Of a stretch of 63,748 nt of DNA, positions 41,444 to 55,780 are shown piece by piece. The stretch comes from Octopus bimaculoides. Taxonomy: Eukaryota. The position numbers and the translations under genes are program-made. Each line of letters starts with the position of its first letter. The stretch's first letter is position 1. Location: the NCBI RefSeq assembly GCF_001194135.2, contig NC_069002.1, forward strand, positions 2,708,075 to 2,771,822. The letters run 5' to 3'. The notes under the pieces were generated by a model. The model saw only the letters and a program-made list of their open reading frames with translations, was not told the DNA's origin and did not search any database.

Positions 41444-41709
41444 CATTTTATTTTTATTGTTATTATTGGAACTTTTTACTTTGGATGCTTATTTTAGTAA
41501 ATTGTAAACAACGCATGTCAATAAATCTGCTATATCACACAGAAAACTTTTGATTGTGTGAACACGCATATACAGAAGCAGCACCAATATATATTTATGG
41601 ATGCTTCGTTCCCCACTCTCTCTCTCGCTATCTCTCCCTCACTATGCTGTTTGCGTATGTATTTATAGGGCAGTACGTGTCCATCTATCTAAGTGTATTT
41701 ATCTATCTA

Positions 41710-41793
<84 letters not shown>

Positions 41794-42040
41794 CATATAT
41801 ACTGACGACTTTATGTTCAATTGTAAATAATAAGAGTATTGAATCATAAGAAAACGGCATAGCTATATCTAAACGGAAGATAAGATATACCTCTCTCACC
41901 ACCTCCTACATCATTGTGTTTAGTTTCTCCTCTGTCAATTTCTCCACCCAGGCCTCAATTTTTATCCATCTATCTACCCATCTATTTATCTATATGTCTG
42001 TTTGTCTTCTATATATTTACTTATCGATACACACACACAT

Positions 42041-42071
<31 letters not shown>

Positions 42072-42578
42072 TTAGTTTAAAAGAGTTCCATATATATATA
42101 TATATATATATGCACACACACACACACACACTTGTATCACCATGTATATATATCTGTCGCTCTATTTCATTTTACCTCAGATCCAAACATTAATGTTGCA
42201 GTCCCAACAGAGAATATATTTTTATAGATTCATCATATTTTCATCAAAATCTTTCATATTACTTCCGCATTCTTTCCATAGTTTATTTTTATATTCTGTT
42301 CGCTTTTCAACTCTGATGACGCTGTTTTTTTTCTTTTGTATTGCTTTGGTTTGTTCCTATGTTTTTTGCGTTTGTTTTTCCCTCCTCTTCTCATACTTCT
42401 GCGTTTTCTATCATTCATCAATTATTAAAACGTGGTTTAGCGAATAACAGTCTGTGTATATAGATCGATGATGAATACGTAATTTAATTAAAGAAATAAA
42501 ACACAATTCATAAAGCACGCTATATTTATATACACCCAAACCCATTCACATATATATACAAATATATATAAATAATAA

Positions 42579-42611
<33 letters not shown>

Positions 42612-43116
42612 NNNNNNNNNNNNNNNNNNNNNNNNNNNNNNNNNNNNNNNNNNNNNNNNNNNNNNNNNNNNNNNNNNNNNNNNNNNNNNNNNNNNNNNNN
42701 NNNNNNNNNNNNNNNNNNNNNNNNNNNNNNNNNNNNNNNNNNNNNNNNNNNNNNNNNNNNNNNNNNNNNNNNNNNNNNNNNNNNNNNNNNNNNNNNNNNN
42801 NNNNNNNNNNNNNNNNNNNNNNNNNNNNNNNNNNNNNNNNNNNNNNNNNNNNNNNNNNNNNNNNNNNNNNNNNNNNNNNNNNNNNNNNNNNNNNNNNNNN
42901 NNNNNNNNNNNNNNNNNNNNNNNNNNNNNNNNNNNNNNNNNNNNNNNNNNNNNNNNNNNNNNNNNNNNNNNNNNNNNNNNNNNNNNNNNNNNNNNNNNNN
43001 NNNNNNNNNNNNNNNNNNNNNNNNNNNNNNNNNNNNNNNNNNNNNNNNNNNNNNNNNNNNNNNNNNNNNNNNNNNNNNNNNNNNNNNNNNNNNNNNNNNN
43101 NNNNNNNNNNNNNNNN

Positions 43117-43208
<92 letters not shown>

Positions 43209-43995
43209 ATACATATATTTATACGTATACATACGTACCTATGTATGTACGTTTTTTTTTTTTTGTTTGTGTGTATGTGTTTGCGAGATTTTATCTATGT
43301 AGGAACATAAATATAGGCGAATGTGTCTACGTATCTGAATATACACACACATAAGTCGACATATGTATTCTTGTATATAGAGACACACATACACATGCAC
43401 ATGCACTCACACACACACACACATACACACACACACACACACACACTTTTCATCTCTCTTTCTCAAACACACACATAAATACTAACACTCGTTTACTCAC
43501 ATAAAATAACATGCCATGCATTATGGGTAACAGTTTATAGTTGACTCTACTGTTCAAAGAGCTAAAGATATAAGGTCTGACGTAGTGCTGAAATATTCTG
43601 TTGAATATCACGTATAGCAATGATGGCGTTCTTGTTGTTATTGTAGCGGCTGTCGTCGTTCTGGTTGCATTTGTTGTTCCTGGTGTTTCTTGTTGTTGCC
43701 GTTGTATAGTGTGTTGTTCATCAAGTTGTTCAACCTAGTTACATGTGTTTTTAGTGTGTTGATTGATAGAGGGTAGAAAGTGCTAGATGTTTGTATTGAT
43801 AAATTTTACTCAATTAACGAATCATCAAAATATATTAATTCGATTTGTGTTTAGAGTGATCAATGTTTTTGTTGGTTTTTGATAATTTTAAGTTGGGTTT
43901 TTTTCTTTGCTTTCCTAAATAATTTATGATGTATATGTGTGCGAATGTGAATGTATGTAGGAGTCTGTTTGTAAGTGCCTATGGATGTGTTTATA

Positions 43996-44038
<43 letters not shown>

Positions 44039-47000
44039 NNNNNNNNNNNNNNNNNNNNNNNNNNNNNNNNNNNNNNNNNNNNNNNNNNNNNNNNNNNNNN
44101 NNNNNNNNNNNNNNNNNNNNNNNNNNNNNNNNNNNNNNNNNNNNNNNNNNNNNNNNNNNNNNNNNNNNNNNNNNNNNNNNNNNNNNNNNNNNNNNNNNNN
44201 NNNNNNNNNNNNNNNNNNNNNNNNNNNNNNNNNNNNNNNNNNNNNNNNNNNNNNNNNNNNNNNNNNNNNNNNNNNNNNNNNNNNNNNNNNNNNNNNNNNN
44301 NNNNNNNNNNNNNNNNNNNNNNNNNNNNNNNNNNNNNNNNNNNNNNNNNNNNNNNNNNNNNNNNNNNNNNNNNNNNNNNNNNNNNNNNNNNNNNNNNNNN
44401 NNNNNNNNNNNNNNNNNNNNNNNNNNNNNNNNNNNNNNNNNNNNNNNNNNNNNNNNNNNNNNNNNNNNNNNNNNNNNNNNNNNNNNNNNNNNNNNNNNNN
44501 NNNNNNNNNNNNNNNNNNNNNNNNNNNNNNNNNNNNNNNNNNNNNNNNNNNNNNNNNNNNNNNNNNNNNNNNNNNNNNNNNNNNNNNNNNNNNNNNNNNN
44601 NNNNNNNNNNNNNNNNNNNNNNNNNNNNNNNNNNNNNNNNNNNNNNNNNNNNNNNNNNNNNNNNNNNNNNNNNNNNNNNNNNNNNNNNNNNNNNNNNNNN
44701 NNNNNNNNNNNNNNNNNNNNNNNNNNNNNNNNNNNNNNNNNNNNNNNNNNNNNNNNNNNNNNNNNNNNNNNNNNNNNNNNNNNNNNNNNNNNNNNNNNNN
44801 NNNNNNNNNNNNNNNNNNNNNNNNNNNNNNNNNNNNNNNNNNNNNNNNNNNNNNNNNNNNNNNNNNNNNNNNNNNNNNNNNNNNNNNNNNNNNNNNNNNN
44901 NNNNNNNNNNNNNNNNNNNNNNNNNNNNNNNNNNNNNNNNNNNNNNNNNNNNNNNNNNNNNNNNNNNNNNNNNNNNNNNNNNNTATATATATATATATAT
45001 ATATTCGTTGTGGCTAGCCAGCATTGAGAACCGATCGAAGAGTTAAGACGGTAACTGCCAGGATTATCTACACCACGAAACCACACACAAAAACACACAC
45101 GCGCGCGCACATATATATAAATATATATGCAGATATATGTGTATACATGCATACACATATATATGCACACACATATATATGCATGCACACATACACATAG
45201 AAGGCCATACAACGGAGGTTACATTCCCAGAATCCATTAGCGACATGTACAAATGATTCGCGACAAACTGAATTACGTCATCCACCGTTCAGGAAATTTA
45301 ATTTGGTCAAGTCATTATTCTCTGCACACGTTGCTAATTTTATATTCTATGTTCTTTGCATTTTTTAGCAACAGTTTTATACCCTGCTTTGACGCTTCCC
45401 TGTATTCTTGTACCCGGTTATGTAAATACCGAAGAGTCCATCCGGAGTTCGTTAATTTGGAATAAAATTAGTTTTAGTGTCAGGTATTTGCAGAGGAGAG
45501 ACATGGACAGCATAGATATGGGAAGAATGTTAACAATATACAAATATATGTGTTTGTGTGTGTCAATGTGCCAATTTATTCCATATCGCCTTTATAAGAG
45601 TACGGTTTTATTCATTAGAGAACGGTTACACTGAAGCCGCATTTTGCTATACATCAAGAAATTATCTCACTATATTTTCAGTATGTTATTTCATTTACTT
45701 GGTCAGTTTTCTCCGTTTAGCCGCTAAGTTAAATCGACATAAACACGCAATATATTTTTATCAAGCAGAGGGTGGAACAAACTCAAACATAAACACAACC
45801 GACAAATATGCAGCACGGAATTTTGTCAGTGAACAGGTCACGGTCTCAACGCAACGAAAATATTTTGGCAAATTAAATTTAAATGTTGAATTGAATCTAA
45901 CTGTTTTTGTGTTTCTTAGATGACTTATAAACACCTTCCACGCTGCAATTGCTTTTGTTCCAGCACACGGTCTCAGACCAGGTGACTTTCTATGGAAGTA
46001 CATCTCCATTTGTGTGTGTGATTATTTCTGTATGTATATACATATATACATATATAATATATATACGTACATGTATGTATGCACTTTTGTATAGCCAAAA
46101 TTCCCACCAAATAGAAAAAACATCTATCAACACATGTTGTTCAATTATTTAATCATGCTTTTGTGAGACTTACGCAATTTTTGGCTTCTGATTGATTCAT
46201 ATATTATAAACAAGATTACATATCCTTATTAATTTGTCAATCCTTCGTTCAAACAGCCGTGCGGTACACATTAACGAGTTCAGAAATGAAAAATACATGT
46301 TACATTATTTTGAAATGCCATTCCACTGATTTGTGAAAGCGTTGCGTTTTGGTTTCGTGCTGGTGACGCAAATCCTAAGAGTGCACGATAAATCTCACAA
46401 TCTCTTTCATCGGCATCTTCCTAATCTTATTTTACTCTGAGAACGGAAGATAGTCATTGTGATCATATAATGGCTCCGATAACAAATTACATTCGTAGTA
46501 TGTTTGTCATGTGCTTGTATTATAAAGTAAACAAATAGATTTATTTACAGCATCTGTTTTGTATCTTCGGAAGACTCAACATATACAGAACAAGGAATGT
46601 ATGTGTGTCTGTGTGTGTGTTTGTGTCTGTGTGTGCTTGTGTGTGTCTGTGCACGTTTGTATATGTCTATGTGTGTGTTGGTGTGTGTGAATATATATGT
46701 GCACGTTTATGTGTGTGCAGTGTATTTGGGGAAAGAATTGCATTAATTAAATACAATTCTTGTGCCAAATATGTTCCATTTTATATTCGAGATTCAAGCA
46801 CTCAATTCGAACGAAATTATGATGCATTACTTATTACTTGTTAGCATTTAACGCGTGACGGGTAAAATACTACTCAGAAATATATTATTTAACACGCATG
46901 TTTATAAAGACACCGTTTGATATGAGGACTATCTGGTTTCTATTTCTTGCAGTTTGTTTGAATCCATCAGTGTCAGCTCCTGTGGCGCTTACTTACGAGT

Positions 47001-49599
47001 AAACTAGAAGTAAAAGACTGAAAAAATTCCGTGAGTTAAGAAAAACAATTGTAAAGCATGATGTTCAGTTCGTTTAATCAGATATGTTTTTTAATACTTT
47101 TGTTGTCGATGAAATAATCTAAATATAGAAGTGCCAGTGTTAATTAAAGTAAATATACACCTCTAGTAAAGTCACTGAGTTTTTTGTTTTTTTTTTGCGG
47201 CGATGTTAGGGGTTTCGAGATCAAAATCAATACTATGTGCAATCTATCGATTTGTATAATATAATGGAGAGATCACGGAGATTACAATACATGAGTATAT
47301 ATTCATAATATATATGTATATTTATGTGTATGTGTGTCTTTATTTGTGTATATATGTAAATATACATATATTTATATATATTATATATGTGTGTGTATAT
47401 TCATTTATACATACATACATACATACATACATACATACATGCATGCATGAATACATACTTATATATACATATAAATATATATATAGCGTAGATTTGTTCA
47501 GTCTAAGTGGTTTTATAATTATTCAAAGTATGAGAGAAGCAGCGACTCGAAGAAATGTAAAACAGCAACTCAAAGTAATATACGAAAATACTTCAAAGCA
47601 ATGCAAACAGTAGTTCATGTGGTATGTGTTACAACAGTTCAAAGTAATATAAAACTGCAGCGCATATGTTAGTTCGTAAGGTTACGTGTAAAAATTTGAA
47701 TTTGTTGGCAATAAAACATTTTTTTTTAATGTTCTCATTGATAAGAGCGTGTTTTCTACACATGAGCATAAAATAGAAGTTAATTTACAATGTCACACTC
47801 GGTTACCTAAATAATTTCATTGCGGTTAAAATTAGAGAAAATAAATATACATTTTTACGAGAACTAGTAGATGTAAACTTCTGCTTTCGATATTCAATCT
47901 GCTGAGTATGTATCTTGTATGAGACTGAGTAAATAAAAATATTTGGTGGATTTGTAGGTCATGTTGATACAAAGCAGGGCAAAGGATGTGAAATGTTTTG
48001 CTCTGAAAACTGTAATGACTTGTAACATTAATCGATGCACAAACTTCAATGACTTTGCAGCAGTACCAAATGCATTACCTTCAAATTCCAGTGGCTGTAA
48101 TAGTAATGTATCCGACCCTACACTACGCATACAGTTCTCGAAGGTTGTTAAGCCCGTGTCTAGAAGCGAAAGACGTGTAACTTATGGCAGATTCTGATAT
48201 TGCTGCAACTGTTTTGTGACTAATAAAGCCTCTATGTTTTGATATAACAAGAGCGAATTTTGACATTTTTAGATTGGTAACTCAACTAATTAGAGAGCTT
48301 CAGGTTTAATTTGAGCAGCTTTCTGCGTAGTTCTTGGTAAGTTTTAGTTAATTCATCATATCAACGGCCGTGTGTGTGCGTACTGCGAAAATCGAAATAA
48401 GCTTTTGCTAAGCACACGAATAACAATCCGTACATAAATAGTTCGAAAAATGTTGTTCAATATAGAAACCTGTTACCCTAATCGTCAGATGAGAAGCTAA
48501 ATCCGTTAAGGAAAGCTGTCGATTTGTGATTTGTAGAGATCAGAAGCATCACTGTTTTTCTAAAATGATTTCTAAGAGATATCTGCCGAGATTTCTTAAT
48601 GTTCTGTCAGAGTGTGAGACTCTACAATAACTGTGCGCTATTGATTGTATCATGTTGTAAACATGTAAAGACTGTTTGTTTAGCTTAGATCAATTATGGT
48701 TCAATATTGACTAGTAATAGGAAACGTTCATATTTTAACCTCAAAGACTTGAATCCGTATCACAGGATGTTATCAGCGAATAATTTCCAATGGAAAGAAG
48801 GCAGTTTTCGCCCTTAGGGATGCCGTTGGTCAGTTTTCACCGAGGCATACTGGCACCTTGATTGTGGTAGAAAGATTATGATCCCATACGTTTCCTTGAT
48901 AGATTTTCAATTAAAGAAGCTACAAATCAACTCGGTGGTGAGAGTTCGTATCGTTAGTGCAGACAGCGCATATGATTTTCCCTCTTGTATAAAATTCCGA
49001 TTTATTTCTGTATTAGAATTAAAATATTTCGTAAAATCACAATTGTGGAATCAAAAATATAATAACTCCATGGAGGTCATGCAGCTCTTTCAACGATATA
49101 TTGACTCGTTGTTGCATAGAACCATAAATACAGGTTGCAAGAGCCAGGAAAACCAGAAACATACGCTTCTATTAGCCATAAAATTCACGAGAAAGATGCA
49201 GAGAAGTGTTTGGAATTAGATTCAAGAGCATTTATCTGCATCTGAAGTACACTTGATTAAAAGATATTGGTTTTATGGGAATACTGGTTAATAAGTGTTC
49301 GAAAAAGTTGGTCAAGATGTGTTTCGTGCTGCCGCATAATTGAGATGTATAGAGCTGTGAATAGGTTGCGATTTTAAAACAGGATTTTCTATGCCTGCTA
49401 ACCTGACACGCTGGATCAATATGTAGCAAGAAGAAATTATTTTGAGTTTATTTCAGTAAGGTTATAGATTGCAGAGTCCCGAATGTAATTCTCATAGAAG
49501 TGGAATTAATGTTTGAATCATTGATTTCCTCAGAAATACCCTCACACTCTTTCATATATATAAATACATGTACGTGCAAACTCACTCACACACACACAC

Positions 49600-49645
<46 letters not shown>

Positions 49646-49914
49646 AACGTTATCATTAAAGTACCATTAAGTGTGGCAAGCGAGCTATCAACCGTACAGG
49701 CAAATTAATTAAATACATACATACAATATAAGATATGAGCACCCATATCGCGAAAATTAGAAGTTAAATAGAAGTCAAAGATACACACGAATATCACTAA
49801 ATAGATAGACACACACACACCCACACACTGTTTCTCCCTCACACACATACACACATATATTGTATATGTATACCTACCTTTTTATTTCTTGAAAGTACAG
49901 GAATATCACATGCT

Positions 49915-50240
49915 TTGAAAAAACTGCTATTCTTAGTTCATTTCTCAGGTTTTCATCAGTAAGTCTGGTATGAAGACGATTTCTCGTATAATTCAATTTG
50001 GTAAAAAAAACTGCTCACATCGATAAGTTGTTGAAAATTGAGATGCAAATTTCAAGGCACTTTTATGTAAAGCAGAGAATTTCTCAGGATTAATGGATTT
50101 GCAGAAGTCCAATAAAGGCAGATTATTGTATTTCGATTTTATTAAGTCCGACTGCAAATCGGTTAATTCTGATTGTAAGGAAACTGGAGCCTCCTCAGGA
50201 CACATATCAAAATTGTGTTTCGAAAATACGTAGTTCAAAT
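49915..50240 (-). mobile_element. hAT (Charlie/SPIN-like) transposase C-terminal dimerisation region remnant
   Basis: EEAPVSLQSELTDLQSDLIK...EKFSALHKSALKFASQFSTTYRCEQFF, then after a frameshift RLHTRLTDENLRNELRIA. This matches AP..LQ.ELIDLQ.D...FP.L...A....S.F.STY.CEQ.FS...RTRLTD..L...LRIA. Confidence 0.85.
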
Positions 50241-50264
50241 TTGTATATCTTTAAATCTACTTTA

Positions 50265-50274
50265 AAATAAATAA

Positions 50275-50320
<46 letters not shown>

Positions 50321-50400
50321 GGATGGATGGAATAATGGATGGATGGATGGATGGATGGAATAATGGATGGATGGACGGATGGATGGAGGGAGGGATAGAC
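50265..50400. repeat. (ATAG)n-(GGAT)n microsatellite next to the hAT remnant
   Basis: Direct reading. Confidence 0.9.
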
Positions 50401-50749
50401 ATCTATGCACACATATAAAGTGTACACCCATGAAATACATTTTGATGATATATAATATATTACTCGTCGTTATTACATACATCTCATATGAGATGATGCA
50501 AGATGCATGCTTGAAAGTTGTATTCGTTTCAACGAGCATCAGTAATGACTCAGCGTAAGAGAACGGGGGTGCACATGTAATATATTTGCGGAAGCATAAC
50601 TCAAACACACCCGAAATCCTCTAATGTGCAAAGTGATAAATTGATAAAACCGAAATAATGAATTCGCTCAATGTTCATGTCATTTGGCAGACACACAATG
50701 CTGGCTATAAATCGCAGAAAACTTTAAAGGGACAACATGAGTACGTATG

Positions 50750-50786
<37 letters not shown>

Positions 50787-50963
50787 NNNNNNNNNNNNNN
50801 NNNNNNNNNNNNNNNNNNNNNNNNNNATATATATTTATATGCATGGCTATACATACATATATGTATGTTCTTGAATAACTAGCAATTTAGATGAGTTTCG
50901 TCCAGCATTGACCCAGGCCATTTCTAACTTAATAGCTACTGCATATATATGTCTGTGTGTGTG

Positions 50964-51015
<52 letters not shown>

Positions 51016-51534
51016 TGTGTGTGTGTATATTACATATATACACACACACATTGATACTTTGATAGGTTTCGGCCAGTATTGGCATTCATAGATGTGTGTG
51101 TGTGCTCGTGCGCCTGTATCTGTGTGCTGTTTTGTGAGTGTGAGTGTGTTGTATGTGTGTGTGTGTGTATGTGTGTGTGTGCGTGTGTTTATGTATGTAT
51201 ACTTCCGATGTATCCGATATAATAACTATTCTTTTAAAAGATGAGATTCGTGAGGATTTTTAAGAAGGTACTTAAAGAACACTTCATGCATTGTTAACAA
51301 GCGAATTTAGAGGAAATGAGGTCATATTTGGCATTGACAAAAATGTCAGAGTACACATTTTCGAATCACATAAAGAAATAGAAATATACGCTTGTTGGTG
51401 TTGCATGTCATGTGACATTTTCTTAAAAGCAAATGCGTTAGAAATGCATGGAATAAGGAATAGCGAGAAATAGTAGTTGCTCACACGAAAAGTATCTTTG
51501 GAAAACTATAAAACCTTGAAGAGATATGAAATGA

Positions 51535-51589
<55 letters not shown>

Positions 51590-52219
51590 GCTTTGGTACC
51601 GTGGATGTGGCTGTAGTGGTGTTGGCAAGGGATAGGTACGTATATGAAGGCATTTATCGTAACGGGGATCAGTATATTCAAACATACTTGCACAGAGATG
51701 AAATATTAAAAGGAACATGGCGGTGCAATGAAAGAACGAAATATATACTAGAGAGAGAGAGACTGTGATATATATGTGTGTGTGAGTATAAATATATAGA
51801 GAGAGAGGAAGGCGAGAGAGAGGAAGGCGAGAGAGAGGAAGGAGAGAGAGTGAAAATAAGGGTTGTTCTTTGTGGCTCAGTAGAGACATAACACGGATGG
51901 CTAGAATGAATTAGGGATCGCCAACAATGTTTACGTAATGATATTGAAGGTGAAAGCACAACAAATAATTTCAATGGATTGCGGACAAAGAGAGGGAGTC
52001 AGATCTTAGGAATATAGATATTACGTGAATCCGACGTAGCGTTATATTATAAGACCGAACTCAAAGAATGGCTAGTGAGTGGGCAAAGGTGGTGGCAGTG
52101 TGTGCAACACGGTTTCCATTCCTTGTTATGTGATTTCATTCATATCAATTGTTATGCTTATATAGTTCAGGAGAAAAGGCCTCAATATATAAGAAAGACC
52201 TCGTTTAGAAATGCTCTTG

Positions 52220-52432
52220 GTATCACGAAAATTGATTGCACTCAACAAGGTTGATCTGATCACGATTATTACAACTGATCGAAAAGAGTTAATCACGATT
52301 TTTACACCTGATCAAATTATTCTGAACGTAATTAATAGAATTGAATGAAAGGGTTGATCACGATTAATGGGAATGATCAGAAACGATCATCACGTGTACA
52401 CTTTATTGAACTTTCTGACAGAATCACGATGT
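52220..52432. repeat. Decayed ~33-bp-period array with conserved ATCACG core
   Basis: ATCACG at 52222, 52259, 52292, 52357, 52389 and 52423. Confidence 0.7.
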
Positions 52433-54184
52433 ATTGCAAGTACATCAGATGGATGGGTCCCGAAAAGATATTCCATCTAACCAATTACACGGACAAGGTC
52501 ACAGCTAGCTAGAAAGAATACCAAATGACATTTTCCCCAATATCTTACTTAGTGGGGTTGTCTAAAGACATTTTTTATGTATATATGTAAGCATTTAGAT
52601 GTATATATACATAGATATGTGTGTGTGTGTATGTGTGTATGCTGATGATATCTGAAAAGAAACAGCAATTTTAGCAAAACATTAAGCAACACTAATATAT
52701 ATATATATATANNNNNNNNNNNNNNNNNNNNNNNNNNNNNNNNNNNNNNNNNNNNNNNNNNNNNNNNNNNNNNNNNNNNNNNNNNNNNNNNNNNNNNNNN
52801 NNNNNNNNNNNNNNNNNNNNNNNNNNNNNNNNNNNNNNNNNNNNNNNNNNNNNNNNNNNNNNNNNNNNNNNNNNNNNNNNNNNNNNNNNNNNNNNNNNNN
52901 NNNNNNNNNNNNNNNNNNNNNNNNNNNNNNNNNNNNNNNNNNNNNNNTATATATATATATATATATGCATACATACATATTTTTATATATATAGAGGGAT
53001 GGATATATATTTATCAGCTTATATGCATGTATATTTGGATGGTGTGTATATTCTGTCTATGTGTCAATAGAGGTATGTATGTACTGCGTATGTATGCATG
53101 TATGTTTGTATGCATGTATGTACGTGTGTATGAATGTATGTGCGCGTATGTGTGTGCACTTAAACACGCTGTACGAGCTGATGGTTTTCTATGGAGGAGC
53201 TAAATTAATGTCAAATAGAGACAGAAATATAAATAAACACACAAATATATAAATATTCGCATCCTGAAGGAGTTTACGCGACAGATCTTAATATTCGTCA
53301 CCTACTTAAACCTACTTACTAATTATAGGAAGAACTCTTAATTTACTTGGAAAATTGCCGCTACGCGTAAGTAATAAAAAGCCACTTATGTATGCAAATG
53401 TGAAGAATAAATCTAGCTAAACCGCATTAAGTACTATTGTGCTGTATCAGTTTACGAACGAAGTATCTTTATAACGAAGCAGTAGTTCGTTTAGGAAGTA
53501 TTTCTTATACTGTATGGTACAAAATAAGTGTCTCTCGTGTTTCTCACGATCTGACAGAAAGATACTTTGTGCTCCCTCGAGAATGATTCTTTTCGAGAAA
53601 ACGGCTAAATATCTATGAAAAGGTACATTAGCTTCTAATGGAATGGACGCATTAGATAATGTAGTTCTTGTGGCGTTTGGATTGAGAAGATGCTTACCGC
53701 CAGGATGTTTTTTCACCATAATGACTGAGGAGATATAGTTGGCGGTCACGCAATGAGGGAAAGAATGCAACAGTGAAAAAGAATGAGAGAGAGAGAGAGA
53801 GAGAGAGAGNNNNNNNNNNNNNNNNNNNNNNNNNNNNNNNNNNNNNNNNNNNNNNNNNNNNNNNNNNNNNNNNNNNNNNNNNNNNNNNNNNNNNNNNNNN
53901 NNNNNNNNNNNNNNNNNNNNNNNNNNNNNNNNNNNNNNNNNNNNNNNNNNNNNNNNNNNNNNNNNNNNNNNNNNNNNNNNNNNNNNNNNNNNNNNNNNNN
54001 NNNNNNNNNNNNNNNNNNNNNNNNNNNNNNNNNNNNNNNNNNNNNNNNNNNNNNGGAGGAGGGGGTGATGGAGGAGATTGCAGAGCAGGTGGAGGAGATA
54101 TGGAGTTAATGACAGTAATTATGGGATGAGTTATAAAAAAACGAAGTGTTGGTCTCCGAAAAACCTAATACAACAACATTGAGA

Positions 54185-54775
54185 ATATTGATTTCCAGAT
54201 GTCACACAAGGCCAGCAATTTGGGAGGAGGTCAGTCGATTACATCCACCCCACCAGCATCACCAGTGCTCAACTGGTACTTATTTTATCGACCCCAAAGG
54301 ATGAAACGGAAAGTCTACCACACAACGGAATTCGAACTCGGAACGTAACGCTGCTAAGTATTTTTCCCGGCGTGCTAACTATTCCGCCAGCTAACTATTC
54401 CGCTAACTATTCCGCTAACTATTCCGCTAACTATTCCGCCAGCTTGCCATTTTTAACAGCGCTTACATATTTGTCTCAGATTTTGTCAAAAGACCAGCAA
54501 TTTTCGAGGAGGGGATAATTCGATTACATTGACACCCACAGCGTTCAACTGGTTCTTATTTTATCGGCCCAGAAATGATGAAAGGTAAAGTCGACCTCGA
54601 CAAAACTTGAACGCAGAACGTGAAGATTGACGAAATGGTGCTAAGCATTTTTCCAGCTTTCTAATGATTCTGCCAGCTTTCTAATGATTCTGCCAGCTTT
54701 CTAACGGCGATTAGCATATTGGTTTCAAATTTTGGTACGAGGCCAGTAATTTCGTTGCAGCAGGTAAGTCGGTGG
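54185..54775 (-). mobile_element. Head-to-tail array of family A SINEs (two near full copies plus one 3' fragment)
   Basis: Copies at about 54185-54450, 54467-54710 and 54715-54775. Each starts on the + strand with a ...GGCCAGCAATTT.G-like tail; the first two contain TATTTTATCG.CCC...AAAG. Confidence 0.85.
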
Positions 54776-54823
54776 TGCCTGTGTGTGTGTTTATGAGCGT
54801 GTATCTATGTCAGATTCACATAC

Positions 54824-54860
<37 letters not shown>

Positions 54861-55679
54861 TGCACATACACATAAAGACGAAGCTTTGAATTAAAAGCGT
54901 AAATTCCAATAACCACGTAACGTAGGCTGTTTATCTATTTATCTCCACCTTTAATCGCCTTAATAAACTCAACTCCTCTCGCTTTTGCCCCTCTCTGTCT
55001 ATTATGCTTTTTGGTTACATTGACGGGTGGGAGCGGAAACACGAAGGTAACGTTTACAGTGAAGCTTTACCAATTCGTCGAATGCATTAAGATGAAAAGA
55101 ATAACATAGAAAACAAAATGATTAATAATAATTTATTTCACTATCGCAAGAATTTTCTGGTAGAGTTTTAGATTAAAGTCTGCATTGCCAAAACAAAATT
55201 AAGTATCCCTAACACAGTTTGAAACTTATAAATAAATGAATAAAATTTAGCAAGCAAATCATTATACTCTATATGAAAACCAAATTAAAATCTGAGTGAT
55301 ATCAATCAAGGGAAAAAAATATACAAACTTAAAATTGATTAAAATAATTTTTTAAATATTTTGTAGAAATATAAATAAAACCTTTAATGGAAAAAAAAAA
55401 ACCTAAGTAGATATTCAAATCAAAACATACATTGTCTAGAATAGCGAGGATTTTGTTTGGGGAATTAAAGAAAATATCAATATATAACAAACATAACATA
55501 AATAATACAGAATTTCCCTAATATTCTCAAAAATAATATTATTGGATAACCTCCTAATAATATGAAGAGAAACACAAGTTCAGAGTATTTAATGAATTAA
55601 ATAAAAAGAAAACTAAAACAGTTAAATGTATGGAGGGAAAATTGTTTTTATTCCATCCTCAAAGATATTGTTATTACGA

Positions 55680-55780
55680 GGAGTGACTGCTTCTGGTTTC
55701 AGTTCCATCGCGTTGCACTTTGAGCAAGTTCCTTCTATGTATAATAGCCTGGGACTAACCAAGGCCTTGTGAGTGGCCTT
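55680..55780 (+). mobile_element. SINE family B 5' fragment
   Basis: TGGTTTCAGTTCCATCGCGTTGCACTTTGAGCAAGT...AACCAAGGCCTTGTGAGTGG. Confidence 0.65.

Noticed and set aside
47958-48050. EGF-like cysteine pattern (GKGCEMFCSENC)
   Set aside because: A stop follows immediately and the cysteine set is incomplete without invoking a frameshift.
51291-51473. C2H2 zinc-finger-like ORF (CMSC...LEMH)
   Set aside because: Wrong C-to-H spacing and no second His.
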